Source of the DNA: Podarcis melisellensis
Taxonomy: Eukaryota
Strand: one strand, 5' to 3'
Assembly: GCA_964234715.1 (NCBI GenBank)
Contig: OZ174277.1
DNA length: 64,000 nt
In this document: positions 24,610 to 38,136 of the stretch, piece after piece
Numbering within the stretch: position 1 is the first letter of the stretch
Layout: the number at the start of each line of letters is the position of its first letter
Translations under genes and position numbers: made by a program
Notes under the pieces: model-generated
What the model saw: the letters and a program-made list of their open reading frames with translations, nothing else
What the model was told of the DNA's origin: nothing
Database searches by the model: none

Positions 24610-25642
24610 ATTCCATGTACAGATGCCAACCAGATTAGCAGTTGAATCTTACTTCAACTGTTCCAGTGAGATGGCATTCTCCTATTAGAGGTTACTGCTC
24701 ACACACTTGCACTGTGCTAGTGTAGTGGCACCTCGGTAAAACGACTTCTTACTGTTTGTAGCAGAGTTTTCCCTGGAGGCAAAGGACAAGAACAGGAGTC
24801 ATACTCAAATTCACAGTCAAGAGCTTTTTATTGCTTGACTGGTTGCACAAGCATTTCTGTTACTATTATATACAAGCTATTTACATTCCTCCTTTATCTC
24901 TCCAGCACGTTATAATCTCAGTCCAGTAATTAACAATCCCGACACAGCCAAACTCACAGTATCAGCAGCACACATCGTCTTACTTCCAACCTTGTTGTCA
25001 GCTTGCGTGCTGACAGCATGTGTGTATGTCTGCTTTTGTCAGGCTGAAATTGCAGTCTGCAACTTCCTTTATTTGCACCTCCAGCTGACACCAGTCATGC
25101 CTAGAGTGCCACTCCTACACACTAAAGTAAATTCTGGAACCCTCTTTAAAATTTCCAGGAACTTTTATATGTTTCTTAAAGAATGTTTTCCTAACATCTC
25201 CACCATACCTAAGGTCAGCAAGCTAGCTTGGGGATACAGGGCAGGCCCTGTAGCACATGCAACCTTGTCCTCCCACAGAGGGGGATGCCTGAGTGGCTCA
25301 AATGGAATGATATTGTGTGATATGAAAACTCTACCTCCTGCATCTGCTGCTTGATGCGACTGCCTCACATTGCCTCATGGTAGGGTTGGCCCCTACCATG
25401 TTAGCTTCTAATTATCAGGGAAGAAGTTGTGTTTCAGGAAATTCCACGCTTTTCCAGTATAGAGCAGAGGTCTCGATCTCAGGCTTGTAGAAATTTAGCA
25501 ACCATTACTCTCTTGTTGCCCTTTTCATGAAATGTGAAGGCAAATCCAGGGTGTACCTTAGAAAAGGGGCTTTCGAAGTGAAAAATAAATGGATAACTCT
25601 TCCTTCTGATTTTTTTATTGTTGATCCCCCCCCCTTTTCTAG

Positions 25643-25876
25643 GAGCTACAGAAAGATATGCAAGCAAATACACAGGCGCTGGCAGAAATTGTGAAAAATA
25701 CGGAGATGTTTTTGAAAGAAAATGGAGAAAAGCTGCGACAAGAAGACAAGACTGCTCTTGAAAAGAAGCTTAATGAAGCCAAGACCAAGTGTTTGTTGCT
25801 TAGTCAGAAGGCAGAGGAGTCCAGGAAACAGCTGGATAAAGCCGTGACAACAGCTATTAAGCAAGAAACAGAAAAG
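25643..25876 (+). CDS. DST: Dystonin spectrin-repeat exon ([21 protein letters not shown]...ETEK)
   Basis: ttctag|GAG ... AAG|gttctt, 234 nt. Confidence 0.9.
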
Positions 25877-26019
25877 GTTCTTTGGCAACCATTTAATATT
25901 TATTTTAAAATAGCTCATTGCTATTATTTTTCCTTGCATGTGAATGCTGACCATCCCAGACAATGTCTGAATGTCTGACAATGTTTGTGAATGTCTGAAA
26001 ACTCAAGGAATTGATTGTC

Positions 26020-26021
<2 letters not shown>

Positions 26022-26068
<47 letters not shown>
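26022..26068. repeat. (TAT)n microsatellite
   Basis: Direct read; explains the spurious poly-Ile and poly-Tyr ORFs. Confidence 0.95.
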
Positions 26069-26071
<3 letters not shown>

Positions 26072-26690
26072 TATATTTTATCTTACTGGGTGTATTAAAT
26101 GTAGGGAAATGCATCTATCTATTTTCAGACATTCACCAAATGCATCTGGAATTGTCAGTATTCGCTTCCCAAAAGAAAGGAACATACGGAGGAATTCAGT
26201 GTAGCACTCAGGAGATAGTTGCTTCAGCATAAACAGTTCTGCTTGCCAGATGTCTCCCCCTGTATTCTGTTCTGAGGGTTCTCCCAGCTGCCCCTAGCCA
26301 TTTTTTTTTTCTTTTTTGGGGGGCAGAGTGCAGAGAAGGAAAGTCCCATTGCACTAGCTAAAATCCTTGTGCAGACTTTCACTAATGTGAATGTGGCCTG
26401 TAGACATTAAATGGTTCCAGGAGTCTTTCCTCCCAAGAGAGGAGCCTTTAAACAATAGCCATGCCACGGAATAATAATTCATTTTAGTTTTTCCTCAGCA
26501 TACAGAAGTGCAGGGACATTGCATCATTCTGCAGATGTTTGCACATGAGCAGTAGGAGAAAAAGTCCCACTAATTCCCTCCCCCCCCCAAAAAAAATGTG
26601 TTAGTATACCCTTGTTTGCAATATCACAAATATCTGCATTTGAACTTTTCATGACTGCATAAGATTCGAGCTTGAACTTTACTTGTGCAG

Positions 26691-26975
26691 GTTGCAGCTA
26701 GAGAACAGCTAGAGGAGAGTAAAAGCACAATAGAGAACCTTCTGGACTGGTTGTCAAAGGTTGACAAGGATGCTGAACATGGGGGCAAGAAAGACAAGCC
26801 AGCAATTAAACAGAATGGCAACCATTTCCAAGAAGGAGAGGTGGAAGAGTTGGCTGGAGAAGACGATGAAGTCAATGGCAACTTGATGGAAATTGAACAA
26901 CAGAATGAAACTCACGTGGATGGACAACTGAAGCCCTCAGAAGATAATCTCAACATGCAGTATCAGAAAGCCAAG
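26691..26975 (+). CDS. DST: Dystonin exon (VAAREQLEESKSTIENLLDWL...YQKAK)
   Basis: gtgcag|GTT ... AAG|gtacta, 285 nt. Confidence 0.9.
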
Positions 26976-27739
26976 GTACTACACGTGTATAATACTAATT
27001 GCTTTATCAATTCACGCTTGTCCTGGAAAAGAAATGAGGGTTGATATAAACCCACCTCATGTGCTGTGGAGCCAGCATTGCCAGCTGTTGTGGTGGCCTT
27101 GAAAAGGTACAAAGCAAAAGCCTAGTGCAGCCAGGAGACATAATCTGGTCCACCTCCAGATCTCTGCTTTTCATAGCAAGGAATCTCTAGAATGATTTCG
27201 TGGGAGGTGATTTCACCACCTCTCACTGCACTACAAGCCTCAGAGCATATTTATTTCCTAGCTCTTATCTAATGAACCAATAGAACATTTTCATCTCTAG
27301 CTTCTGTGTTGAAAGTGCTCAAAGCTGTGGAAAATAAAGGCAGGCCAAAGTGGGAAGTATTGAGAAGCACACCCAAACAGCCCAGCCTTAGCACATCTTA
27401 CATCCATCGGAATGCCAGTGGCCGCACACAGCTCCCTTTAAGCACAAGGTCTCTCTCAAAAGCCTCACTGTTATGGGTAGCTCTATGCAGGCACATCAGT
27501 GCATAAATGGAACTACCCCTAATGTGTGTGTGTATAGGGATATTTTAATGCTGGTGATTTGTTCTTGCGATTGGGAAGTAGGAATATAGTTGGTTGGTAC
27601 ATCTGCAGCACATAGCATTTTGATTTGTTTAATGTTTCTGAACCATCATTAAGCACATTTCCTAAGAATTGGACACATTACAGATTACATTGCTAATTAT
27701 ATATGTACGTTTTGATTCCCTGCCGCCTTCCCCACCCAG

Positions 27740-28285
27740 GCTCAGCATGAGAAAATTATTTCCCAGCAGCAAGCTGTCATAATAGCTACACAGTCAACCC
27801 AAGCCCTGCTTGAGAAGCAAGGACACCATCTTTCTCCAGAGGAAAAGGAGAAGATTCAAAGGAATATGAAGGAACTGAAGGTGCAGTATGAAACTGCCTT
27901 AGCGGAGTCGGAGCAGAAGCTGAAGTTGACCCGCTCTTTGCAGGAGGAGCTTGAGAAGTTTGATGCGGACTATGGCGAGTTTGAAAGCTGGCTCCAGCAG
28001 GGAGAGCAAGAACTTGATAACCTGGAGACAGGTGCATCTGACTTTAATGGGATTATCATCAAACTGAAAAGGCAGAAGAGTTTTTCGGAAGATGTCATTT
28101 CTCACAAAGGGGACTTGCGGTACATCACTATTTCTGGACAGAGAGTATTGGATGCTGCTAAATCGTGTAATAAAAGAGAAGGTGTCAAATATGACAAGGA
28201 AGGTATTGATACTTCTTCAACTTACGTTGAGGTACAGAATAAACTGGATAGTGCAACTGGTCGCTTCAAATCTCTCTACTCTAAG
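27740..28285 (+). CDS. DST: Dystonin spectrin-repeat exon ([14 protein letters not shown]...[21 protein letters not shown]...SLYSK)
   Basis: acccag|GCT ... AAG|gtaaat, 546 nt. Confidence 0.95.
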
Positions 28286-28544
28286 GTAAATTGTGTGTGA
28301 ATTCATGTGGAATGTGTATCAATGAGATAAACCTTTTAGTTCACCAAATTGTTACATGAAATTAAAAGCAGTGCTTTCTGTGCTGCATCTCTCTGTATCT
28401 AATGTTTTCGCTGTATCATGCAAAATGTATAACTGAATTGGGGAAGCAGAATTAGGGTTTAGGTTTCTCCCTTTCACTCTTAGTTTGTGAGTTTCTACAA
28501 TCTCTTGTTTCCACTTTTCGTTGTTACTCCATTTTTATCTTACG

Positions 28545-28725
28545 CTTTCTCCATGAGCTCAGGGTGGCAAGCATAGTCTCCAGCCACACCCCACCTCAGT
28601 TTATTCTCACAAGCTGTAAAGTAGGTTAGGCTGTAAGTTAGTGGGACTGGCCCAGGGTCACCCACTGAGCTTCATGGCTAAGCAGGGATTTCAGCCAGAT
28701 TGTCTCCTGTCCTAGCCTGACATTC
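28545..28725 (-). mobile_element. Degenerate SINE (MIR/L2-tail-like); related copies ~18700-18835 and ~56040-56240
   Basis: Shared core ggttaggctg..gactggccca(a/g)ggtcaccca(c/g)tgagcttcatg..gggattt; family name uncertain. Confidence 0.55.
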
Positions 28726-29913
28726 CCGTGCATCACTTGGGAGCATTGCCAAACCAATTTACAGTGGAACCAGATATGATCCTAAAATCACATTCAAAAC
28801 GTGGATATAATCAGGGTTCTCACAATTACCAGTAGTTTGTGAGCATAACTGCTGTTATGTTAATTAGGCTTGAAAGTATTCCTCATCATCCCTAAACCAT
28901 GTTTAAATCTTGCATCACAATTCATTGCATGTTTCTACAGAGGTAAGTCTCGCTGTGTTTAACGGAACTTGCTCCCTAGTAAGTTTGCTTAGGATTGCAG
29001 CTTTAATGTTAGTGTACTGGCTTTATTTAATGATATATAGTGGGGGTGGTGTTATGTGAAATACTAAATTGCCCTAGTCTATTTATTTTTCTGTATTGTA
29101 CAATATTTGATCTTCTCGGGGAATCCCATTTGTTTTCTTACCATTTACTCCGAGGCTTTTAAACGTGTACTCTGAGACAACTTAGAACCGAATTTGGTCT
29201 CTGTAGCCATTTAAACAGCCCTTTTAGTGTGTTAAAAAGAGTATCTTTAAGTGCCTGAACACATGAATACAGAAAGTGGGTGGGAGCAGGGACACACAAA
29301 CACACACTCCATCCCCAATGTCCTCAGTTGTTGAGCTTTCCTGTGATGTGCTAATAAGCATTCTGCAGGTGACTTCTACTCATGTTCACTAGAATCCAAG
29401 TAGAACTCTTATAAAGAGTTGAACTCTGATAAAGCAGTGTCCTCAGTTGCATGGAGGAGTCTTTTCGTGGTCAAGTGAGCAGAAGTAGAAGCCCCTGGCA
29501 CACTTCCTCTGTGCAATGTGGAAGGCTGGGGACTGCAGTAGTGTGATGTATGTGAGGACATTGGGGAGTGGGGCTTGTGTGTGCACCCTTGTCCACACTT
29601 TTAACAGTCCACATGTTCAGGTGAATGCCTGAACACCCCTAAGGCAGGAGTCTGATTGCTTCACTATGTGCCCAAAGCACAAATCAAAGCTTTGCCACTC
29701 AGGTGACATTCTGTGGTGGTGTGGTAATCAGAAATCTGGGTGATGCCATAAGATTACCACGTAGCCACAGGTTCAGCTCTTGCCACAAGTCAGGTAGCTC
29801 CCACTTATTTTGTTCATTTAACTCAAACTTCTAAAACTGAGGTTTTCTCAGGATATACAAACTTCCAGGTTATGATTTTGTCTGCAAATCCTACTTGTCT
29901 GGCTTTTCAAATT

Positions 29914-29932
29914 TGACCACTAGATGGAGCCA
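29914..29932 (+). promoter_or_regulatory. Candidate CTCF-binding site
   Basis: TGACCACTAGATGGAGCCA closely fits the CTCF core CCAC(C/T)AG(A/G)(G/T)GGC(A/G)(G/C). Confidence 0.5.
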
Positions 29933-30310
29933 GTTGCAATAAAAACCTTTCACATGAATGTCAGAAGTTAGTGAGGAGGGAAATTTAAACAAAAGCCTTG
30001 ATTCGCGCAACACACTCTAAGCCAAACCTTTGCTTTGCTTGATGCAGTGCGGCAGGAAAAGGGTTTGGTTTAGGGTGTCAGACAAAGCAGGCTTGTGTGT
30101 GCTTTCCATGTTCAGCCGTTACTGGAGCACTATGAAAAGGCATTGTTATCACTGCATAAATATCTTGTAGTACGAGCTAAGCAGAGTATTTGAATTACCG
30201 TTACAAGATGTTTTCAAATCACCTAAAGCTTTTAGTTAGTAATATTATATACAAATGCTTTAAAATATATTTCCATTCTTGAACACCGTTTTCTCTCTGT
30301 GCACTTCTAG

Positions 30311-30487
30311 TGCAGTATCCTTGGAAATAACCTCAAAGATCTGGTAGATAAATACCAGAATTATGAGGACACCTCATCTGGGCTTCTGACAGGACTTCAG
30401 GCCTCTGAAGAAGCTGTGAATAAACAGTTGTCTGAGGCAGTTGCTGTAGATCCAAAAAATCTCCAGAGACAACTGGAAGAAACCAAG
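30311..30487 (+). CDS. DST: Dystonin exon ([16 protein letters not shown]...RQLEETK)
   Basis: ttctag|TGC ... AAG|gtaaac, 177 nt. Confidence 0.9.
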
Positions 30488-31158
30488 GTAAACCAAGTGA
30501 AAAAATATCCAGAGCTGTTGTATTTTAAGAAAAAGCAGTTTATATAATAAAAGAAGGCCATGTTCCCCTTTGGTGTATGTGTGTTTGGAGAGGGGGTACA
30601 TTAGTTGAACATGTCAGATATAGAAAAAAATAATGCTGATTGTTACAAGGGAAACCTGGAAGTGTCCTGTCAATGACACTTTTTTGATCATTATCTTTTT
30701 GGCTTGTTCATGGGACCCCAAGTGCTTATTGAACATTGTGGCTATATGTCAGGGGTCCCGAACCTTTTTGAGCCTGGGTGCACATTTGGAAAGCTAAGGA
30801 ACAGTTGTGGGCCAAAACATCCATCTCACATGGTGCCGGGGGGGGGGACGGGACCCACCACTCACACTTGGATCTGATCCAACCACCACACAAATAAAAC
30901 GGACAAAAAGTGTAAGCAATACCCCACCCCCAAAAAAACCCTCTCAACAAAACAAAACCCAGTAAATTCAGAAAGGACATTGAAAGGGCAAGTGGCCTCA
31001 TCAGGGACCAACAGTGTCTGTCTAAGAGAACCAGAAGTAGAATCAGGACAGTGTATATGTTTTTTCTCCTTTTTATCCTCACCACACCCCTACAAGGTAG
31101 ATTATATTGAGAGATAACAAGTGACTTAATATAACCTAGAGGATATCATAGTTTAGCA

Positions 31159-31644
31159 CAGGGCTTTTTTTCTAGACAAAAAGCTGTCAGAACACACCTC
31201 CCTCAGAAGGCCCACCCCAGAGCCCCAAAGAATCTCTTTGGACTTGTGGGGGGTGCCTCCTCATGAGCCAGAGGCTTGTTGAGGATGCTTATTGGAGGTG
31301 AGTCTTCCTCGCCTCAGCTGAGCAGCTTAATGAGTCCCCGTCCCCACCTCTCTGGCTCTCATGAGCAATGGGGCTTGCTCAGCTGAGGCGCGGCTTTCCC
31401 ACGTGTTAGCTGGCAGGGGAAAGAGACTCAGCAAAGCGCCTCTGTGCCTCCAGCTCACCAGGAAACCCTCTCCAGAGCATGAAGCGGATGTCTCCTTTTG
31501 GGCTCTGGGGAGAGTCTCCTAATGAGCTAGAGGTGCAGTGGGGCTTTGCTGAGGTGGGTCGGGTTCTCTCCGCACTTCCTGGGCCCAGTTGAGAGGTGCC
31601 GGAACAGCGTTCCAGAACGTTCTGACAGAAAAAAATATGTCCTA
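31159..31644. mobile_element. Non-autonomous hAT-type DNA transposon
   Basis: Ends cagggctttttttc / gaaaaaaatatgtccta; 8-bp TSD gtttagca (31151-31158) / gtttagaa (31645-31652); GC-rich interior. Confidence 0.65.
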
Positions 31645-31753
31645 GTTTAGAAGGGATTTGACCTCAGTCTCCTTGGTCCAAGCCCAGTACTCCTACCTGG
31701 AGTCACTGCATCACACTGGCAACGGGGGGGGGGGGTGAATCAAAATTCAAGTA

Positions 31754-31971
31754 TAGTGGTACCTCGGATTACAAACACTTTGGGTTACAGACTCCGCTAA
31801 CCCAGAAGTAGTACCTCAGGTTAAGAACTTTACTGCAGGATGAGAACAGAAATCGTGCGGCGGCGGCAGCAGGAGGCCCCATTAGCTAAAGTGGTACCTC
31901 AGGTTAAGAATGGTTTCAGGTTAAGAACGGACCTCCAGAACCGATTGAGTTCTTAACCAGAGGTACCACTG
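31754..31971 (+). mobile_element. Tc1/mariner (pogo/Tigger-like) MITE, copy 1
   Basis: TA TSD; TIR (c/t)agtggtacctc / gaggtaccactg; internal ggttaagaac subrepeats. Strand is an arbitrary reference. Confidence 0.85.
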
Positions 31972-32716
31972 TATTTGTGTGGAGAGAGGAAACAACAACA
32001 ACAATATGGACACTTCATAAGAAGTTTTTTTTTTTTTAAAGAGAACTGGATTAAGGTAGATGAAACATTCTCTTTATCTGGAGTTCTTTCCTCCAAATCC
32101 TCCTGGTTCCCGACAAATGTTATCTCTTGTGACATAAAGCAGAAGTAGCGCTATAGGCAGAACAGAGAGGGCTCTCCATCTGCAGCTTCCCACTGACTGC
32201 CCATCCCAAAGGCCGACTGACATCACAGATTGCGTTTTTAATAACAAAACTCTCTTCCCATGGATGGGTAACTGCTTTTATGTGACAGAAAAGCTCTGTT
32301 TATGGCAGTTGGTTAGGAGAGCCTTTTTTAAAAAAATGAAATGCTTATCATAGTGGTAGCTAAGTTGCAATTTTAATGTATAGCATGAAAAGCATAGTTA
32401 TTGCGTAAGTCCCATTGTAGTAAATGGGAGCTATGCAAAAAAAGGGCAGTAAGCAAAATATCTTGGGCTGCAAATTGCACTTGCCCAAGTCAAGATAAGA
32501 AGTGCCTGTTCTGGATCAGCTCATGGTTTCATTTAGTGCAGCTTTCTATCATCCCGAGTAGCTGACTGGATTCTGCCCAGTAGAGCAAGATGTGTATTGT
32601 CATCTGTATGATGTTTAATGGTGTCTACCAAACCTATCTTACTGTTATTGTGTGCCTGTGTGTACATAAACACACGTTAGCAAGCAGTAGAATTGAAAAA
32701 TTGTACATTTTTACAG

Positions 32717-32840
32717 GTGCTTCAAGGGCAGGTGTCCGGTCACCAGGTTGCTGTAGAGAAACTGAAAAAAGCTGCCGAAGTGCTTTTTGACACCAGGGGA
32801 GAATTACTGCCAGACAAAGATGAAATCCAGAATACCCTGG
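32717..32840 (+). CDS. DST: Dystonin exon ([23 protein letters not shown]...NTL)
   Basis: ttacag|GTG ... G|gtaaga, 124 nt, phase 0-1. Confidence 0.9.
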
Positions 32841-35800
32841 GTAAGATGAGTAGCTGTCTTCTCCATTTCCTTCTTCCATTGCTCATATTTGTAGACTGGA
32901 GAAGATACTAAGTGGTGGTTGCCTCCTGGCCTCCTACAACTCAGCTATTTTTACCTTTATTATTTTTTAAGGCAAAGGGCATAATTCACTGAATCAGGCG
33001 GAGCAGTTGTTTAGCTCTCAGCCCATGAAAACCAGCAGGACTTAGTAGTGCTCAGGTTTGACTGGGTCATGTCCCTATAATGCAGCGCTGAACCATACGT
33101 GACAGTGACAGGCCCGTGTCTAAATGCAGGTCTGCTCCAGTCGCATGTTACAAATGGGATGAGAGAGCCATTTTCAAGGGCAAAAGAGTGGAGGGGAGAT
33201 GTGTTGAAGTTGCTTATGTGAGACTCCCAGTAGCCTTCCTGTGAGGCACTGATCAGGTTTCCACCTGCTTAGCTTCAATAGCTTCAGGGGATCCTAGGGC
33301 AGCATTGGGGTACCTGCCCCCCCCAGGTGCCATCGAATTCCAGCTCCCATCAGTCCCACCCAGTGGTCAGGGATGATGGGCATTGTTGTCCAGCAACATT
33401 TGGAGGACCACGGGTTCCCCATGTCTGTTCTAGGACGTTTATGAAGCACTTTGGTCAGAACTCAGACCACACGACGAATGGCTTTTGAAACTTGCAGAAC
33501 CTTCCAAATCCATTAGTGACAAGTCATAGTGTTGGTGCCGGTGGTAGTGTGTCCTGTTGCTCCAAGGCAAAAAGTCACCTTGTCATTGTTGAAAGAAGTT
33601 TCAACATAACTACCTTAGTGCTAATCATATGTAAACATTTATAGTTAAGAAGAGTAGTATCGCTTTCTAGTTCATCACATCTATATTTCTTTATACAAAT
33701 ATTTATTTACCATTATACCATTTTTTTAAAAATCAAATTAGTTTACTCTCTCTCTATACACACACACACACTAAAAAGTTAAGATCAGAGGCCATCAACT
33801 ATCTATTATTCAAAGGCCAGCATTGGCATTAACTGTGCATGTTCAGAATCTGTTTCCCTGTTTCAAGCCGGAAAAGAATTAGGGGAAATGACACACAGTT
33901 CAGTGATATTTCTACTTGTAATAATAATCAAATATGCTGAAACAGAAAAACTGTTACCAAGAAGTGCAGAGGTAATGACGGGTTAAACTAAACTTTGGAT
34001 TCAGGGGTGATCTTGTGGTTTCAGTGAGTTAAAAAGACACACATCCTAAGAGTCTCGAGAAGAGGATATCTGAGCTGATTGAGGTTTATTTTAAAATTAT
34101 AACTGTTCTGCCCTAGCAGCCATATGAGATTACTGGAATATGTATAAAGGCCTGCAAGAGAAAGCTGGCTATGCAGACTTAAGCCTTTAATTCCCTGGTT
34201 CCAACCGTCAAGTATGCGAAGTCCATCTGTTTAACATCCTGCTGTTACAAGTTAATGTATTAAAATATTGCAATACCTCTTTTCATACTCATGCCTGGCA
34301 CTGCTTAACCTGCTAAATTTTTGGTGGTTTGTTTTTCAGTGCTCCATCTGATATTTTTCTAGCTGCTTTTCTAGCTATTTGTGTTTGATATTTGATGAAT
34401 AAAGAATGTGTCAAAAAAAAGCGGGAAACCCGACACTACAGAATTTCTGGGGAAACCCCCCCCCCCCATTTCAGATCCCCTCACCAGCTACACCCGTTCT
34501 TCGCTTTGCACCCTTCTTGAGGATAGAAAAGAGTATGGGAGTGTGTATAGAGACTAGCCTATTGTACAAAGACAAAATTTACATTCATTACTCTGTTTGC
34601 TTTTGCCTCTGTTACAGCGCACCACTGGCATGTTGTCCCTGGAAACTTGCCCAGAAAATAATGCTACCCACAGGCTGAAAAGGGTTCCCCATTCCTGCTG
34701 TAAAGAATAGAAGCCAGGTTGTATTTACCTGGCTTGGAGATGTAGGCTAGTTCTGAGCAACTGATAGAATTGTCCCCTTTATGAGACAGTGATATCAGTT
34801 CCTAAAATCAATCAGCAGGAAGAACAGATGAAATCCTTCTTTTGTAGAATATTGCCCTTTGACTTCGGGCCTCAGCAGTCTTTGGGGACATTTGCTTTTT
34901 ATATAACCTCTTTCTTTTAGATATTTTGCAATTTGTCTTTTTAAAACCTGTGTCAAGCCACCTGAATCGATTAACTGTTCTATCCAACTGTTTTATCTAC
35001 AAGGCCGTCTTCTGTGGGCATGCACTTCAGGCATAGAAGGAATCACATGTTCCCAGCTCCCTTGTAAAAGGGAATCACGTGTTCCAACCCTTTGTTGTTC
35101 TCAGAGTCAAATATGTCTGACTCCAGTCAGCGTACTGATGAAGAATCCATAGTACGCTCTCAGAAAAAAATAACTTTTATCTATGGGTCCCCTATGCTGT
35201 GAATTTTTAAGGTACAGTTTCACTTGAGAGAACCTCAAGTAGAAAATTCTGCATCCTTCTGGGGCTACTCTGAGAGCCAAGCATTGTTCGCTACTGTGTG
35301 CGGCTTGTGTTAACTGGCCTCTTTCCTATATCATGTGGTATGCTCCTTGTCACAGCTAATTATTGGTCATATTGGCTAGCTGTTTGCAAATACTAAATTC
35401 TTAAGAATACTCCTTAGGCAAATCTTTAGGTGTGGATTGGGAAAGTGAGTTAGAAGAATTTTTTTGGGAGTGGGGACTGTTCTTTAAGAGGAGAGAGAGT
35501 GTGTTATTTCCCATGAGTGTTCCAGAACTGTGGGATACAGGCAGCTACAGGGATTATTTTAAAAAAGTTGAAACCGGGAGGGGGGGAGACACCCCCACCA
35601 CTTTGTCTAGTTGCCTGTCCTGCTCCAAAACTTAGGGGAAATTTCTCCCGCCTGTTTTCAAAGGGATTATGTTTTCAACTCTCTATCTTGTGCATGGTTG
35701 AAAGAAGCTTGGCCGAAAATAGCGACCCAGCAATACTTTGAATGTGTGTTTTACATGCAAAGTATTGCTTTGCTGGTATTTTTGGCTAACCTTTCAGTGT

Positions 35801-36318
35801 TAAGGCTCTTGTAAAATTGACACTTGCGTAGATAAGAGAATAATGTCAGGTGCAGCTTTTCAAACTCCTGCCGCAGTGTGCCAAGGCAAGCTACACTTTA
35901 CAGATTAACTTCTCTTCTTCCCCAATAACTTGTTTAAGGTACAGGAGCTATCTTTGATGTATTACAAAATTTGAGGTTCAATTCCATCGACTCCAGTCAT
36001 AGGGTGTTAGGGAGCAGGATTGGCAAACACTTGTGCCTGAGACCCCAAAGTGCTGTTTCCAATTGCAGTAAATTATGTTGTGATAGCCCTGGGGTAGTGA
36101 ACCTATGGCCCTCCAGATGTTGTTCGATTCCAATTTCAGCCCCCGTGGCCAATGGTACCAGGGTGATAGGAATTGTTGTCCAACCACATCTGGGTGGCTA
36201 TGGGTTCCCCATCCCTTATTTAGCTGGACTATTAGCATAACTCTGCCAAAGGCAGTTGCTTGTATTCTAAAATGGTTATGAACTTATAAACTATCCTTTA
36301 TCTACTTGTTTCTTTCAG

Positions 36319-36527
36319 ATACTATTGTGGATAAGTATAATCACTTATCCAAAGCAGTGAATGACCGGAATGAGAAACTTCAGATCACTCTGACACGTTC
36401 ATTAAGCGTCCAGGATGGATTGGATGAAATGCTTGATTGGATGAATGGTGTTGAGAAGAGTCTTGAGGAGCAAGGTCAAGTGCCTTTGAATTCTTCTGTA
36501 ATTCAGGATGTCATTAGTAAAAGTATG
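36319..36527 (+). CDS. DST: Dystonin exon (DTIVDKY...[25 protein letters not shown]...SKSM)
   Basis: tttcag|AT ... ATG|gtgagt, 209 nt, phase 1-0. Confidence 0.93.
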
Positions 36528-37475
36528 GTGAGTTAGTTTTTAGCAGAGCAAATTTTCCTACTAATGCCAGGAACTTAAAGCTCAAAGTGGGGGCGGGGGA
36601 AATCAAGATACTGAAAATAAGTTTTCATTCATACATTCAGGTATCTGAAGAAAATTCAGTCTTAAAACAGTGTTTCATTAGAGTGCATCTAGACGGTGAC
36701 TTTCTCTAGTGCGCATAGTGCATTTGTGGGTGAGATGCATGCTAATATTGTATGTTAGTGTGCCAGACAACCTGAAAGTGCATGTCAGCTGTCCCAGTCT
36801 CTGTGCAGACTGCCACAAATCCAAATATACTACCAGGGTCAGCACAGGGGGCTGCACAAAACCATTGGTCGCCACGTCTGCAGCTATTGAGTAATGACTA
36901 CCTTTTCTAAAAGTAGCAATAAACAAATCTGTCTCTTTTAGTTTCTTCTTTTTCCAGTCTTAAGTTTTGTTTGCCACATTTCTGCATCAGTTCATTTTTT
37001 TTTAAAGAAGTCATCACAACAATTCATTAGCATTTTTGTGTGCCTTTCTCCTAAATGTACACATAGATGTGTGCAATTTCCCCCGATATACACATTTTTG
37101 CAACAATTTTTGCCTGTTATGCAGTTTTGTGTGCTACATTCATTGAATTTTTATAAATATTTCATGCTAATATACACAGTTGTGTATAGATTTTTTTAGT
37201 TTGAGAACTGCATTGGTAAATTTGGAGACGTGCAAAGGATAGCTGTGCTTTTGCTTCACATATTCTTTCATGCTCACCTTTAAATGCACTTCAAATTTCT
37301 TCCGCATCTTTATCTTTGGGGTTCTCCTCATTGCTACTTCTTGTTTGTGGATTCCATTGCTTTAGAAACTGACTACAGGAAGTGCAGTTATTTACATCAG
37401 CTTGCAGTCACTTCATTCACATAGAGATGCACCCATGACTATGGCTGTCTTCTCAGACTTATCTATTTATCCCAG

Positions 37476-37793
37476 GCTCTAGAACAAGACATTGTGGGTC
37501 GGCAAAGTAGCCTAAATGCCATGAAAGAAAAGTTGAACAAATTCATGGAAACAACAGACCCATCCACTGCGTCCTCTTTACAAGCTAAAATGAACGAACT
37601 TTCTCAGCGGTTTTGTGAAGCAAATAATAAACACAGGAAAAAACTTGAAAAGTTGGAGGGATTGAAGACCAAAGTGGAGCTGTTTGAGTGCCTCACTGAT
37701 AAACTCCAGTCATTCTTGGACAAGAAAACTCAGGCTCTTGGCGAGGCTGACATCCCAGGAAAAGATGTTACTGAGATGTCCTTATATGTGCAG
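37476..37793 (+). CDS. DST: Dystonin exon ([16 protein letters not shown]...[15 protein letters not shown]...YVQ)
   Basis: tcccag|GCT ... CAG|gtactg, 318 nt. Confidence 0.93.
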
Positions 37794-37969
37794 GTACTGT
37801 AGATTTTTACTTTTGTGAGCCCTACATTGCCCCTTACTGAGCAGTACACTGGCTGGCGTAACTATGCCACCCACAATTATAAGAGAACCTGCTGAGTCCA
37901 AGGAATAAATTTTGAACACCGTGCAGTGTGTTCAGGTGTGAAGCAATTACTTTCTTGTCCATTTTAAAG

Positions 37970-38136
37970 GAAACCAACACTGAACTGATGGAGCAGAAAA
38001 AAGATCTTGAAAATTTGCAACACCTCATTGAAGAACTCTCTCCTCATGCTCTTCCTGGAGACAGGTCATTAGTGTTAGAAAAAGTAAATGCCTTGTCAAA
38101 GAAATTCAAGGAAATGGAAGAGACTATACGAGAAAA
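37970..38136 (+). CDS. DST: Dystonin exon (ETNTELMEQKKDL...LSKKFKEMEETIRE)
   Basis: ttaaag|GAA ... AA|gtgagt, 167 nt, phase 0-2. Confidence 0.9.

Noticed and set aside
25905-26232. Poly-Ile and poly-Tyr ORFs
   Set aside because: Translation of the (TAT)n microsatellite.
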